This document shows, piece after piece, positions 39,130 through 51,914 of a DNA stretch of 64,000 nucleotides. The position numbers were made by a program, and so were the translations under genes. The notes beneath the pieces were generated by a model that was given only the letters and a program-made list of their open reading frames with translations, did no database searches and was not told the DNA's origin. The first letter of the stretch is position 1. The number at the start of each line of letters is the position of its first letter. The DNA is from Octopus vulgaris (taxonomy: Eukaryota). The stretch spans positions 32,860,001-32,924,000 of the forward strand of contig OX597829.1 in NCBI GenBank assembly GCA_951406725.2, in the 5' to 3' direction.

Positions 39130-42100
39130 CTGATCTGAGAGGAGACGTGCTTTTGTGTATGTGTGTGTTCGGGAGTTATATTTTACTGCGCTATTTGAAA
39201 CTGAAGTGAACCATTTTTGAAGATTTATTGGAGTATTTTGTTATTTGCTTGTTAAAAACTGTTTATTGCTTTTGAAAACAACTTATTGTGAATTCCCCCA
39301 TGAAGGGGAATTATTGTTGAACTGTGAAATATTTGTGGTGTAAAGCCAATGTTTCTGTGAGGTATTAGCTCCAAAAATTGTTTGTTCGGCGTTGGCCATC
39401 TACTGCATGACTCATTGGAGTCAGAAAAATTATTCGATATGCCCAGTTTGTCTCTGTATGAGTCACTCATGACACCAGAAAAAAAAAAGATTCGCTGGCA
39501 GTGTCACTGAAAAAATTGAGTTTTGCAGCGACGTCTGGTGAAAAAAAAGGAACTAAATATTGAAAAGAATGAACTTGCCAAGTACAAAGATAATTTAAAA
39601 AAGGAGGGGTCAGAGGTCAAGGAGGCGCATCCAACCATGATAACCGAAACCACCAATAAGTCGACAATAATATACAAAATTTACAGCATAAAAACAAAAC
39701 GATCGACAAAGTGTCAGAAGAATCGGTAGGAAATGATTAAAAACGATATGGTCAGACATCACCTATATAACAAGAGCCAAGAAGTTTGCAACGACCGAAG
39801 GTTTGCAACTGAAGAAAAAGCAAGATACCACTCCACTAACACGCTAAAAACAGAAGAGGTAGTTCTTCTCCCCATCTATATGCTGGTTAGCAGCAGCCAC
39901 AACCATAGACTTGGAGGAGAAGATAACACTCATCTAAGCGACGGTTACAGAGAAAGAAAATTGCCAGGGGCAAAGCCTTAACATTCTAATAGAAGCCGAG
40001 CCCCCAACATTGGAAGAAATTCCAGAAGTCATTCGAGTGGGAGAGGCTAGACTGGTCGTCTCTGCGGAAGGAAGGAAACCTAGATGCTTTAATTGTGGCA
40101 AGGTAGGCCACATAAGGGCCGAATGTAACCCTCCTTGAGAAGAATCAGACGAGGAAGAAGAGAAGGAAATAGCAATAACAGCAGTACCATCAACACAACT
40201 CAGGAGGAAAGCAGCAGTAACAAGGAAGGAGAGAAAAGAAGGGTTGGACACCTGTAAAAAGAAAAATCATCCAAACCTCCTCTTCAAAACCCACCAACAC
40301 TCAGGAAAATAAAAAGGCAAAAAAAAAAACAACTACAGAAAAGAAAAGCGAAAATATGATGGCTGTGAAAGCATCAAATAGGAGATTATTAAACCGTTTA
40401 GTAGTCATCCCGACTGCCAAACGGGCGACGAAATTTCAACTGAAGACTTTGGTATTTATAAAATCGACAAAAAAAACTATCGCAGATTAAAGTCAGAATT
40501 TTACCATGACAAAGGCCCACTGCAGAAAGATTACTCTCTGCAGACTTATGACGGCCTAACCCATCAAACCCTGCAAGCCCATGTCAAAGAAAAAGTGGTG
40601 AATGAGAATCCACCTCTTACCACTGATTAAGGTAGGTTGCATTGAGTATTCATGTGGGTTGTTTAAATGTGCGTAACCTGACGTCGAGCTGTAAGCAAGA
40701 GCGCTTCCTAAATGACATCAGGTCGTGTAATTTGCATGTTATTGTTGCTACTGAAACCTGGTTAAAGGGACCAAGAGAGCTGCTTCCGCTCCTGGACGGT
40801 TACGAGAAATTCATTTCTCCAAGCCGTTCTACGGGCGGAACTGGGGTGTTGGTCCTAATAAAAAGAAACCGGGTTTCAAATAAAAAGTTAATTTTTTTTA
40901 CCCAGAAGATAGGCTGGTCGACATGGATTTGACGTTCAGTTGTGGCAAGACTATCAGACTGGTTGCAATTTATGCACCCAATTCAATTGGTCAAAGTAAG
41001 TATTTTCATGACCTGAAAAAGTTTCTGGGTACGTTACATCCACTAGTTTTGTTAGGAGACTATAACACAATCTGCGATGCACGTGTGGATTATATTGGTT
41101 CAAACAAGGATAGGAAATGTAATCCTTGCCTTCGGGATCTGCTAAGTCGCTTTCATCTACCAAATCCATATAGACAGGAATTCCCGAACGCTCCATTGTG
41201 GACGGGTCTTCCAGGTCATACATAGATAGGATTTTAATTAGAAAAATAGACAGAAATATAGCTAAGTATCCACAGTTCCACCTGGTTAGCTACAGTGATC
41301 AAAAGCCTGTCACTTGTAAGCTTGACATAGATAAGCAATATAGTAGAGGTTCCAGCTACTGGAAGCTTAATATGTCCATTTTGGCGATTGAGTACAGAAT
41401 ATGGATTAAGTTACTAATACAGAGGGCATTAACTGGAACCATTATAATCAACAAATGGTGGTATGCCCTCAAACAAGCCATTAAATATGGGTCTATTAAA
41501 TATAGCATAAGTGGCTAAAGTGACTAGGAGGGAACAAGACCTAGTTAAGACCGTAGAGGAGGCAATGAGGAATGACTCTGCATCCCAGGTAAATGCGAGG
41601 AGATTGGAATTAAACCAGCACCTCGAAATCAAATACATGGGGTGCATTGTCAGAGCTAGACTTGGTGCAGTGGGTTGCGAGGGAATCAGGGCCGCTGGAT
41701 GAGCCCAAGTGGTGGAAACCCAATGATATCACAATTCGATCTTTGGTGAACCAACAAGGTGAGTTGACAAACGAACCCGAGGAAATATGCAAGACCTTTC
41801 AGGAACACTTTGCTCAGTTTTTTGGAGGAAGCAATGGGCCGGAGAGTAGGAGGGACCTAACGGACTTCCTCGCCGGGTTGCCGCGTCTTTTGCGGCAGGA
41901 TACGGAGTGTTGTGAAGGGCCGATCACACCCTAAGAAGAGGTAGAGGCTATGATGGACTGCGGCATGGGTAGGGCGCCAGGAATGGATAGTCTACTCTAC
42001 AAGTTATACAAGAGTATGCCAGACTTGTTCGGGCACCTATTGGCAAGTGTTTATACGAACTGGCAGCAGAATGGGTATATTCTCAGATCTCTGTGCCGGG

Positions 42101-43110
42101 GAGTGGTAACGCTAGTCAGAAAGAACACAGACTAGGAGTATTCCATTGATAATTTTATGCCCACTCTGCTAAACAGAGAGCTTAAGATTTTGGTCAAAGT
42201 GTTAGCAAAAAAGTTGGTGTGTGTCGTGGATGGTTTGGTTGGGGAGGCACACATATGTGACATTCCTGACAGAACCATTCGGGATAATCTCCACCTTCTG
42301 CATTACACCTTAGAGGGATTTAAACCTGGCAAGGGTGGGGCACTGGTCCATTTAGGCCAAGCAAAAGCTTTCAATAGGGTTGACTATCATTACCTGGTGT
42401 CTGTTCTTGTACAGTTCGGCCTGGGTCTTGGCTTCCTTAGTGGACCATATCAGTATATTACAACATCGACTCCATCGTTTGGGTGAACGGTTTTCTGTCA
42501 AAGCCGTTCTGCATCAAACGCTCGGTTCACCACGGGTAACCACTCTCGCCACTTTTCTATGTGCTGGCTCTTGAGCTATTGCTGCGAAAGTTAAGTGGCA
42601 TCCCGAGAGAGCCAGGTTGTGTAAAATTGGTTTCAGCATACACGGATGACGTCACTATCATTGTGACCAAAATGGAGCACCTACAGAGAGTAGATGAGGT
42701 CATTAAGGATTACGAGACGGTGGCAGGAGCAAAGATTAATCGTGAAAAGTCAGTCGGCTTGCAGCTCGGCACCAGGAGGGCTAAGTCAATGCCTCCTGAC
42801 AGTGTCGTGAGACGTTGGACGGAGGGTCCGATTAAGTTATTAGGGGTCTGGTTTGGTTCGTACATCCAGACAGAGAAGAACTGGGCTGAGGTTTTGAGCA
42901 GCATGACCCACGTAATCAAGACCTGGTCTTAGTGGTAGCTATCCCTGAAAGGGAGCGCGGAGGTGGCCAATGTGTTTATCGTATCGGTCATCATTTACCG
43001 CCTAACTGTTGTTCCTTGCTCTGATTCGTGGTTAATCAAGCTGGAAAGACAGCTCTTCCGCTTCTTGTGGAGGGGCTCGAAACCGCTTGTGAAATGCTCT
43101 ATTTGCTGCT
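39130..43110 (+). mobile_element. Old decayed Tx1-like element (ORF1, APE, RT), 3'-truncated
   Basis: EGRKPRCFNCGKVGHIRAEC knuckle; GCLNVRNL, IYAPN, LGDYN, SYIDRI, YWKLN; QAKAFNRVD, AYTDDVT, INREKS; many stops. Confidence 0.9.
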
Positions 43111-43279
43111 ATGAACCGTGTGAACGAGTGAACGAGTGTGGTCTCTGCTTGTGAAACAGATGCTTCCCAAGTTCACTGGTTTCGGTGGATGGGAAACCTG
43201 GTTCTATCGTAGATTGAAGTTGGCTATGTAGCATGCATCCTTTCAAATAGTGGAGCCAATTTGTGGCATCTGGTAATGT

Positions 43280-44905
43280 GAGGTAATGTCGTATTTCCAA
43301 GGAAATATGATTGTCGCTTTCCCATTGGTTGAAATAACTACTCATATAGGAATTCTGAAAATTAGTAAAAGAATATTTTTATAAGATTTCCATTCTTTAA
43401 AGTCAAGATGAGTAGTTATAAAAACCCTGGATTTTGGGGAAAACTTTAGCATTTGTGGGATGTTACTAAACTCCATGACACTCACTCTTTGAGATATTGG
43501 CTAATTTTCATGCCATGTCTATGATAAAAATCCAACAAGACTTATTTGAATTGTTGTGAACTCTAGTAGTTAGTGTGAAGGATTAGCTAGTGTGAATTTT
43601 AAGTCGTAATTCTCTACGACAAAATGACTTTACTTTCCAATTGTACTATAAATGCTAAATGTACATAAGTAAACTAATGTAGTAATTATTTTCTCTTTCT
43701 GCACGTTCTTCAACTTGTTAATGAAATTTATTTCTGTAATTATGAAACTGTACTTTTTTTATAGCGGTTAAACGAACACAAATTTATTTATCTTTGACAT
43801 ACATGCACACATAAAATGTCAGCGTTTCAGAGAATATATTTCTCGTTATGGTGTTTATGTAGCTGGAGTCAGGATTTATGTTTAATGATAACACTTATAA
43901 GTAAGTTATAAGTGACGTGTTTATCAATATATATTCCTACTTCAAGAGTAAAATATATTTATTATCTATTTCCAAATAGGAAACATATAAAAGTAGCGTT
44001 ACACTAACAGTAACCAAACCGCCATAGGTACATAGTTTACCTGCTATTCCGTCGCTCGGGCAATGCCAGCAGTGGTGGTTCAACCGCATCTTTCTATAAA
44101 GGGTTGGAAGAGTCGGAATGTAACGATACTGTAGCAATAAACATTTTAGCCATTTTGAAATATGACGCGAATTGGCAATATGACAATGTCTTTGCCGAAG
44201 AATTATTATTTTCGTTTTTTTTTCCATTGGTTAATATAACTGCTCATATAAAGATTCTAAAAGTTTCGTAAAGAATATTTGTCATGGATTTCGATTCTTT
44301 TAAGTCAAGTTGAGCAGTTATAAAAACCCTGGATTTTGGGAAAAACTTCAGTGTTTGTTGGATGTCACTGAACTTCACGACACTCACTCTTTTGAGACAT
44401 CGGTAATTTTCATGCCATGTCTAATGTTAATCACAAGTCTATTTTGATTTGTAGATTAATGTATTAGTTAGAATTAAGAATTAGTTAATGAATTTATAGT
44501 TGTTCTTCTACACGACAAAATTATCTTTCTTTCCTACTGTAAATAATATAAAATGTTATATTTATATAATAAAACTAATTAAAAGAAAATGTTTCTCTTC
44601 ACATTTGTTTTTCAACTGAGCATAAATAAGTATGCATTTCTGTAATCCTTAATTTATGTTTTCTTATAGCGGTTAAAAGGACACGAAGAAAATATTCAAC
44701 ATATATGTCGTTAATATTCATAACGTTTCATGTGTATATGTCTCTATGATGTTATATACTGTAGTTAGGGTTTTGGGTATAATGATAACACTTAAGTATA
44801 AGTGACATTAATCATTATATTATCCCTTACTCAGAAAAAAAGCCAAATAAAATAATATAACCTAAGAGAAAGCTTAAGGTAGAAAAACCAAAAACCGCCA
44901 TAACA
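43280..44905. repeat. Diverged direct tandem duplication, period ~902 bp
   Basis: Collinear shared blocks CCATTGGTT, AAGTCAAG..AGTTATAAAAACCCTGGATTTTGGG, GACACTCACTCTTT, AATTTTCATGCCATGTCTA, TATAGCGGTTAAA, TATAAGTGAC, AAACCGCCATA. Confidence 0.85.
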
Positions 44906-44985
44906 CCTTAGGGGAAACTCTAGGTTGTGATGATAATTGAAAAATACCTTATGAAAGAGAATTTCCAGGTTCGAAATTTCCCCTA

Positions 44986-45031
44986 GACACCTGATGAAGG
45001 CTGGAGGGTATATCAGCCGAAACGTTGTGTT
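44986..45031 (+). ncRNA. Minimal type I hammerhead ribozyme of the Penelope-like-element kind
   Basis: GACAC-CUGAUGA-A-GGCUG(loop)CAGCC-GAAA-CG-UU-GUGUU; palindromic AACGUU in place of helix III. Confidence 0.75.
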
Positions 45032-45208
45032 AACAACAAGCAAGATGAGGACAAATATCTGTCAAATGTAAATAATGTAAATAGTATATATATATAATTG
45101 CAGCGTGGAAGGTGTTTGTAAGCCATTTAAGAAACTCCTTCCACGCTGCAATTGTTTTTGTTCCAGCACATGATCTCAGATCAAATCACTTGCTATGCGA
45201 GTACACCT

Positions 45209-45256
<48 letters not shown>

Positions 45257-45392
45257 AACAGTGTACCCCCAGTTATTTGCGGTTCCCAGTTATAATTGTT
45301 CAAGGAAACCACCGCATATTTGCGGAAGCGTAAATATTGTCTGCAATATCTTTCTCTTTCTCTCTCTCTCACCACTCTCTTATTATTATTAT

Positions 45393-47913
45393 AGCTTCCG
45401 AAGTGAACGGACGTGTTTTCCCGAAGCTCATAAGTTTTTGGACCATTTCTGCCTGAAATTTTGTGAAAAGTTTAAATATTTTTGTATATTTGTGTGGCCA
45501 AGCTAACTAACTTCTTGCGGAGCTTGTTGGTTAGGCAAAATTTTATCCCATTAGGGGTAAAATTACAGTTTGAACTTTTAAATTTTTGCAAACATACACA
45601 TTTAACAAAAAATGTCTTTGAATAGAGAAGTTAGCTGTTCCCTTCTTCAAACACCACACCCTCCACAAACACAGACAATTTCGAAAATGGCTCCAAACCG
45701 CCCATTTTGCACCTTAAAGGCAACAAAAAAAATTTCGAAAGCACGTGCCGGCACATGAAGCATTCAATATGACAATGCAAAAGAAGGCGTCACTTTTGAC
45801 GTCATTGAAGATTTTCCTGCTCTTCCCTCCACCAATGCTCCAGTACCGGAGAAGGCGGAAAGACAAGTAATGACCAGCAACAACACCGACACCACCAGCA
45901 GCAACAACACTAATGAAAATCATCGTAACGGTTTTGTCTCCGCTGCAAAGAAGAGCTCGGAGGAAATAAAAGTTACGATGGAAGAAATTAAAACTGCAAA
46001 AGGTTTATTGAGGAAAGAAGGGAACAGCGTATTCCTGAATACTCCTCAAGAACTAATACAGGAAGACAATCATCTACAAGATTTTCGAAAGAAAATATAG
46101 AAAAATAAGCAACACAACAACTAGAAATAGCTCTAAAGCCCATTTGGGGTCAAAAGAGCTATGTCAAAAGAGCTATGGAGGTTCGATTCCCAACGGAGGA
46201 GGATGCAAGGAAGCATGCCATTTCGCCCTTGCAGACAGAAAGTTTGTTGCTCGTACCGACATACCTTGGTTGGCGAGAAACAAAAATCAAAATTGACCAG
46301 GTGCTCGAGTTAAGTATATCTTGGCTGGTGGCAGCTGTCCTTTATGACATAGAGGACACTGCCACTATTCTGGAAGTACACAGGCTGCGGGAGAGGAAAT
46401 GGTCAGGTATGGGAGTGCAGCAGCTGGCACAAATCCAGCAGGAAAAACATAAATTCCATACCTGACGGTGTAAATTTGCCCGACGGCACCAGATTGCACG
46501 TTGCTGTAGAGGGGCGAAGGCCAAAATGCTACCTCTGCAGCAGCAAAAAGCATCTGAAGAAAGACTGCTCCATTTGCAACAAAGAATGGAAGCAGAGAAA
46601 AAGAAGACATTACAACAACAACAAAAACAACAGCGTAACACACTGAAAATTGCCACACCACCAACACCATCACTACCACCACGAAGAGCGACACCACCTC
46701 CAGCCACCACCAACCAACACCAACACCAAGAAGGACCACCCAGAAAGAAGCACCGGCACCATCACCAACACCAACAATTGCAGCAACAGCACCGTTTCCA
46801 ACAAATGTAACTGTTTTTCGACAAACTGTTGAAACGGACCCAACAAATGTCCCCTTTCCAGATTAGGACAGCTCGGATTGTGCAAGCACTGATAGCGAGA
46901 AAGAGGAGTGGCACACGGTGCCACCGAAAAAGAAAAGACGAAAAAAAACAAAAAGAAACACATAACACACAAGGGAAGCGCGAACAAATAGTGCTTCCCA
47001 ACATCAATGACATGCACTCACAACAACAAACATTTTCTCCACCATTACTGCCACACACACCAACACATACAGACACCGTAACAGCAATAAACACAAAAAA
47101 TGAACAACTTGTCACATACCTGAAACAAAACACAGACATTAAAATTACTGATTTCGTTATACCAACACACAACACACCACCAGCACACATTCTCACCACA
47201 AGAATAAATGAAGAAAAATATAATGAAATCAAGGAGAAATCCCCTAACGACGTCAGGTCGTTAGGGAGAAATTTCTCGAAAAAACTCTACAAAAACCTGG
47301 TGGAAACACCCATGCTAAAGCACAAGGGAGCCGCCCCACCAAACAACACCAATAACAGAAAGTAGAGCCTTTTTCTCCTTCTTAACCTTTTAAAACATGG
47401 CAAAACTCAGAATCGGTAGCTTAAATGTGAGAGGCCTCGGGTCACCTGTCGACCTGAGGTTTCATAGAGTGGATGTAGCAGCCATTAGCGAAACCAGGCT
47501 CTCCAACCAGCAGGAACTCGCAGCCCTTTCGGCGGATACGAGATTTTTCTATCTCCGTGTCAGCTGGGAGCGGGCAGTGGTGGTACTGCGGTGTTGTTTC
47601 GGAAGGGCCTGGATTTGAAAATAAGGACAGTCTTCCTGGATCCAGAAGGTAAGTTAGTGGTCCTCGACATAGACGGTAGTGACGGCGGTGCTTTCAGACT
47701 GCTCGCTGCCTACGCTCGGACAGGAGCAGGGCAGTCCGATTATTTCAAGCGTCTGGAGGTTTCCAATTCTGAGAATACACCAGTGATGAAAAAAAAGGTA
47801 ATTTAAAAGGAGAAAGGGTGCTTTCTACCCACCCACTCCGCTCCCTTTTGACCAGGCTCCCGTGGCTTTTATGGGTTTTTCCACGAGTAACCTTTCGAAG
47901 CGCCCCCCCCCCC
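45393..47913 (+). mobile_element. Tx1-like array unit 1: 5' UTR, decayed ORF1, start of APE, large deletion, partial 3' UTR
   Basis: Follows (TTA)n; MAKLRIGSLNVRGLGSP at 47397; jumps at ~47765 to sequence matching the 3' UTR at 55350-55470. Confidence 0.9.
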
Positions 47914-47916
47914 CCT

Positions 47917-49735
47917 ATTGTAATATTTTTGTAGCCAAGCTGACTAGCTCTTTGAAGAGCTGGTTGGTTAGGCAAAATTTTGCCCCATTCGGGGTGAAAT
48001 TACGTTTTGAAATTTTGAACATTTGAACATTTAAACATTTTGAAAATTACAAAAAAACATGGCTATGAAGCGAACAGTTGGCTGTTCCTTCCTTCCAAAT
48101 ACATTCCCTCCGCAAACACACACAACTCGTCCAAAACACCCACTTCACGCCTTAAAAGGCAACTAAGATCCTCCTTCCGAACCGGAGAGCACGCGCTCCG
48201 TTCGAAAGGAGAATACAAGCCAGGACGTCGCGTTCGACGTAATTCCCCATTTTCCCCCTCTGCCTTCACCCAATGCTTTGGTACGGAAGGAGGAGGAAGG
48301 AAAAACAATTACCAAAATTATTACAAACATGAACACAGAGAAAAATGAAAAAACTTCCAACGATTTTGCTTCTGCTGCGAAGCAAATTTCGGACGAAGTT
48401 AAGATAACTTTAGAAAACATAAAAAAAGCGAAGGAATTATTGAGGAAGGATGGCAACAGCATCTTCCTCAATACTCCACAAGATGTAATTGACAACACCA
48501 ACAGGAAAACAATTACATACAGAGTTTTCGATAGAAAACTGAAAAAAAATGACAAACGCCACACCCCAACAGTTAGAGATAGCTCTAAAGCCCATTTGGG
48601 CCCAAAAGAGCTACGTAACCAAGGGGAAGCGTTTCGGAACCATGGAGGTTCGCTTCCCAACAGAGGAGCAAGCAAGGGCAAACGCCATTTCGCCCTTGCA
48701 AACTGAGAGTTTGTTACTCGTCCCAACCCACCTCGGGCGAAGAGTGACAAAAATAAAGATTGACCTTGCCCCCCCCTGAACTAGATATGTCATGGCTGGT
48801 GGCAGCTGTCCTCTGTGATATAGAGGACACTACCACCATTCTGGATGTCAGGAGAGTGAGGGAGAAAAACTGGTTGGGGATGGGAGTGCTGCTTCTTGCT
48901 CAAATTCAGCAAGAAAATATCAGCAAGGTCCCAGATTTCGTGAGTTTGCCGGACGGCACCAGGCTAAACGTTGCTGTAGAGGGGCGAAAGCCAAAATGTT
49001 TCCTCTGCAGCTGCAAAAGCCACTTAATGAGGGACTGCCCCATTCAAAAAAAGAGAATGGAGGCTTACAGCAAGAGGCAGCAACAACAACAACAACAACA
49101 GAAACAACAACAGAAACAACAGAAACAACACGAAACACCAAAAGCTGCCACACCACCAACACCATCACCAGCACCAAGACGAACAACACCAACCACCAAA
49201 CCAACACCGACACCAGTACCTCGAAGGTCGACAGCAGCAACATCAACAGCAACAGGAGCAGCGGCACCACCGATACCGGCGGAACCAACAACCTTTCGTC
49301 CTGCTGCTGAAGCAGACCCCTCAACCATTCCTTTGCCGGATGAAGAGTACTCGGATTGTGCGAGCTCTGATTCCAACAAAGGAGAATGGAGCACAGTGCC
49401 TCCTAAAAAGGAGGAAAAAACAAAAAGATATACAGGGGAAGCACGAACAAATAGTGCTTCCAAACATCAACAACAACATCAACGACAACACACATTCACA
49501 ACAACAAACAACAACAACACTTTCGACACCACTACTGCCACTGCCACAGACACAAACAAACAGAGACGCACTTACAGCAATAAATACAAAAACCAAGAAC
49601 TGGTTGAGTATTTGAAAAACACAACCAGTACAAGTATAACAGATTTTGTTATACCAACAAAAACCACACCACCAGCACACATTCTGACAATAAAAATAAA
49701 CAAAACAATATATAATGAAATCAAACAAAATTCCC
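47917..49735 (+). mobile_element. Tx1-like array unit 2: partial 5' UTR plus most of ORF1
   Basis: Highly similar to 49900-51745; CFLCSCKSHLMRDC knuckle, polyQ; ends in a C/CCG run then (TTA)n. Confidence 0.9.
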
Positions 49736-49763
49736 CCCCCCCGCCGCCGCCGCCGCCGACGAC

Positions 49764-49813
<50 letters not shown>

Positions 49814-50042
49814 CTTCCGACGCCGATGGACGTACGTGAATCAGCTCCGTGAATTTGACACCAATTTCATTGGAAATCTATTGAAAGGTTTGAATATTTT
49901 TTAATATTTTGTAGCCAAACCGACCGGCTTCTTGCGGAGCTCGTCGGTTGGGCGAAATTTTGCCCCATTCAGGGTGAAATTGCGTTTTGAAACTTTGAAC
50001 ATTTGACATTTTAAATTTTTTGAATGTTACAAAAAAAAAAAC

Positions 50043-51064
50043 ATGGCTATGAAGCGAACAGTTGGCTGTTCCTTCCTTCAAGATACATTCCCTCCGCAAA
50101 CACACACAACTCGTCCAAAACACCCACTTCACGCCTTAAAAGGCAACAAAGATCCTCCTTCCGAACCAGAGAGCACGCGCTCCGTTCAAAAGGAGAATGC
50201 AAGCCAGGACGTCGCGTTCGACGTAATTCTCGATTTTCCCCTCTGCCTTCACCCAATGCTTTGGTACGGAAGGAGGAGGAAGAAAAAACAATTACAAAAA
50301 TCATTACAAACATTGACACGGAGAAAAAAGAAAAAACTTCCAACAATTTTGCTTCTGCTGCGAAGCAAATTTCGGAGGAAGTTAAGATAACTCTAGAAGA
50401 TGTGAAAAGAGCGAAGGAGTTGTTGAGGAAGGATGGCAATGGCATCTTCCTCAATACTCCACAAGAGGTGATTGAAAGCACCAACAAGAAAACAATAATA
50501 TACAAAGTTTTCGACAGAAAACTAAAAAGAATGACAAATGCCACACCCCAACAGTTGGAGATAGCTCTAAAGCCCATTTGGGCCCAAAAGAGCTACGTAA
50601 CCAAGGGGAAGCGTTTTGGAACCGTGGAGGTTCGCTTCCCAACAGAGGAGCTTGCAAGGGCGAACGCCATTTTGCCCTTGCAAACTGAGAATTTGTTACT
50701 AGTTCCGACCCACCTCGGGCGAAGAGTAACAAAAATAAAAATCGACCTCGCCCCCCTGAGCTAGATATGTCATGGCTGGTGGCAGCTGTCCTCTATGATA
50801 TAGAGGACACTACCACCATTCTAGATGTCAGGAGAGTGAGGGCGAAAAACTGGTTGGGGATGGGAGTGCTGCTTCTTGCGCAAATTCAGCAAGAGAATAT
50901 CAGTAAAGTCCCAGATTTCGTAAGTTTGCCGGACGGCACCAGGCTAAACGTTGCTGTGGAGGGGCGAAAGCCAAAATGTTTCCTCTGCAGCAGCGAAAGC
51001 CACTTAAAGAGGGACTGTCCCATTCACAAAAAGAGGATGGAGGCTTACAGCAAGAGGTAGCAGC

Positions 51065-51095
<31 letters not shown>

Positions 51096-51872
51096 CAAGC
51101 AACAACAACAACAGAAACATCAAAAACAGCAAGAAACACCAAAGGCTGCCACACCACCAACACCATCACCAAGACGAACAACACCACCTCCAACAACAAC
51201 AACCACCACCAAACCAACACCGACACCAGTACCTCGAAAATCAACTGCAGCAACACCAACAGCAACAGGAGCAGCGGCACCACCGATACCGGCGGAACCA
51301 AAAACCTTTCGTCCTGCTACTGAAGCAGACCCCTCAACCATTCCTTTGCCGGATGAAGAGATCTCGGATTGTGCGAGCTCTGATTCCAACAAAGGAGAGT
51401 GGAACATAGTACCTCCAAAGAAGAAAAGGAGGAAAAAACAAAAAGATTTACAGGGGAAGCACGAACAAATAGTACTTCCCAACATCAACAACAACATCAA
51501 CAACAACACACATTCACAACAACAACACTTTCGACACCACTACTGCCACTGCCACAGACACAAACAAACACAGACACAATTACAGAAACGATTACAGCGA
51601 TAAATACAAAAAACCAAGAACTGGTTGAGTATTTGAAAAACAAAACAAGCACAAACATTACAGATTTCATAATACCTACACACAACACACCACCAGCACA
51701 CATTCTCACAATAAAAATAAACAAAACAGTTTACAACGAAATAAAACAAATATTCCCTAACGATGTGGGATCGTTAGGGAAAAGTTTCTCTCAGAAACTT
51801 TATAAAAATATTGTAGAAGCACCCGTGCAAAAGCACAAGGGAGCCAACCCCACCACCAACAACAGTAAGTAG
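50043..51872 (+). pseudogene. ORF1 (RRM-like region, CX2CX4HX4C zinc knuckle, Q/P/T-rich linker, basic NLS-like motif); disrupted as assembled
   Basis: MAMKRTVG start; KRFGTVEVRFPTEE; CFLCSSESHLKRDC; PPKKKRRKK; frameshifts mostly at homopolymers and a TAG at 51058-51060. Confidence 0.85.
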
Positions 51873-51914
51873 AGCCTTTTTTTTCTCCTTTTTTTTTTCT
51901 CTAACTTTTGAAAC

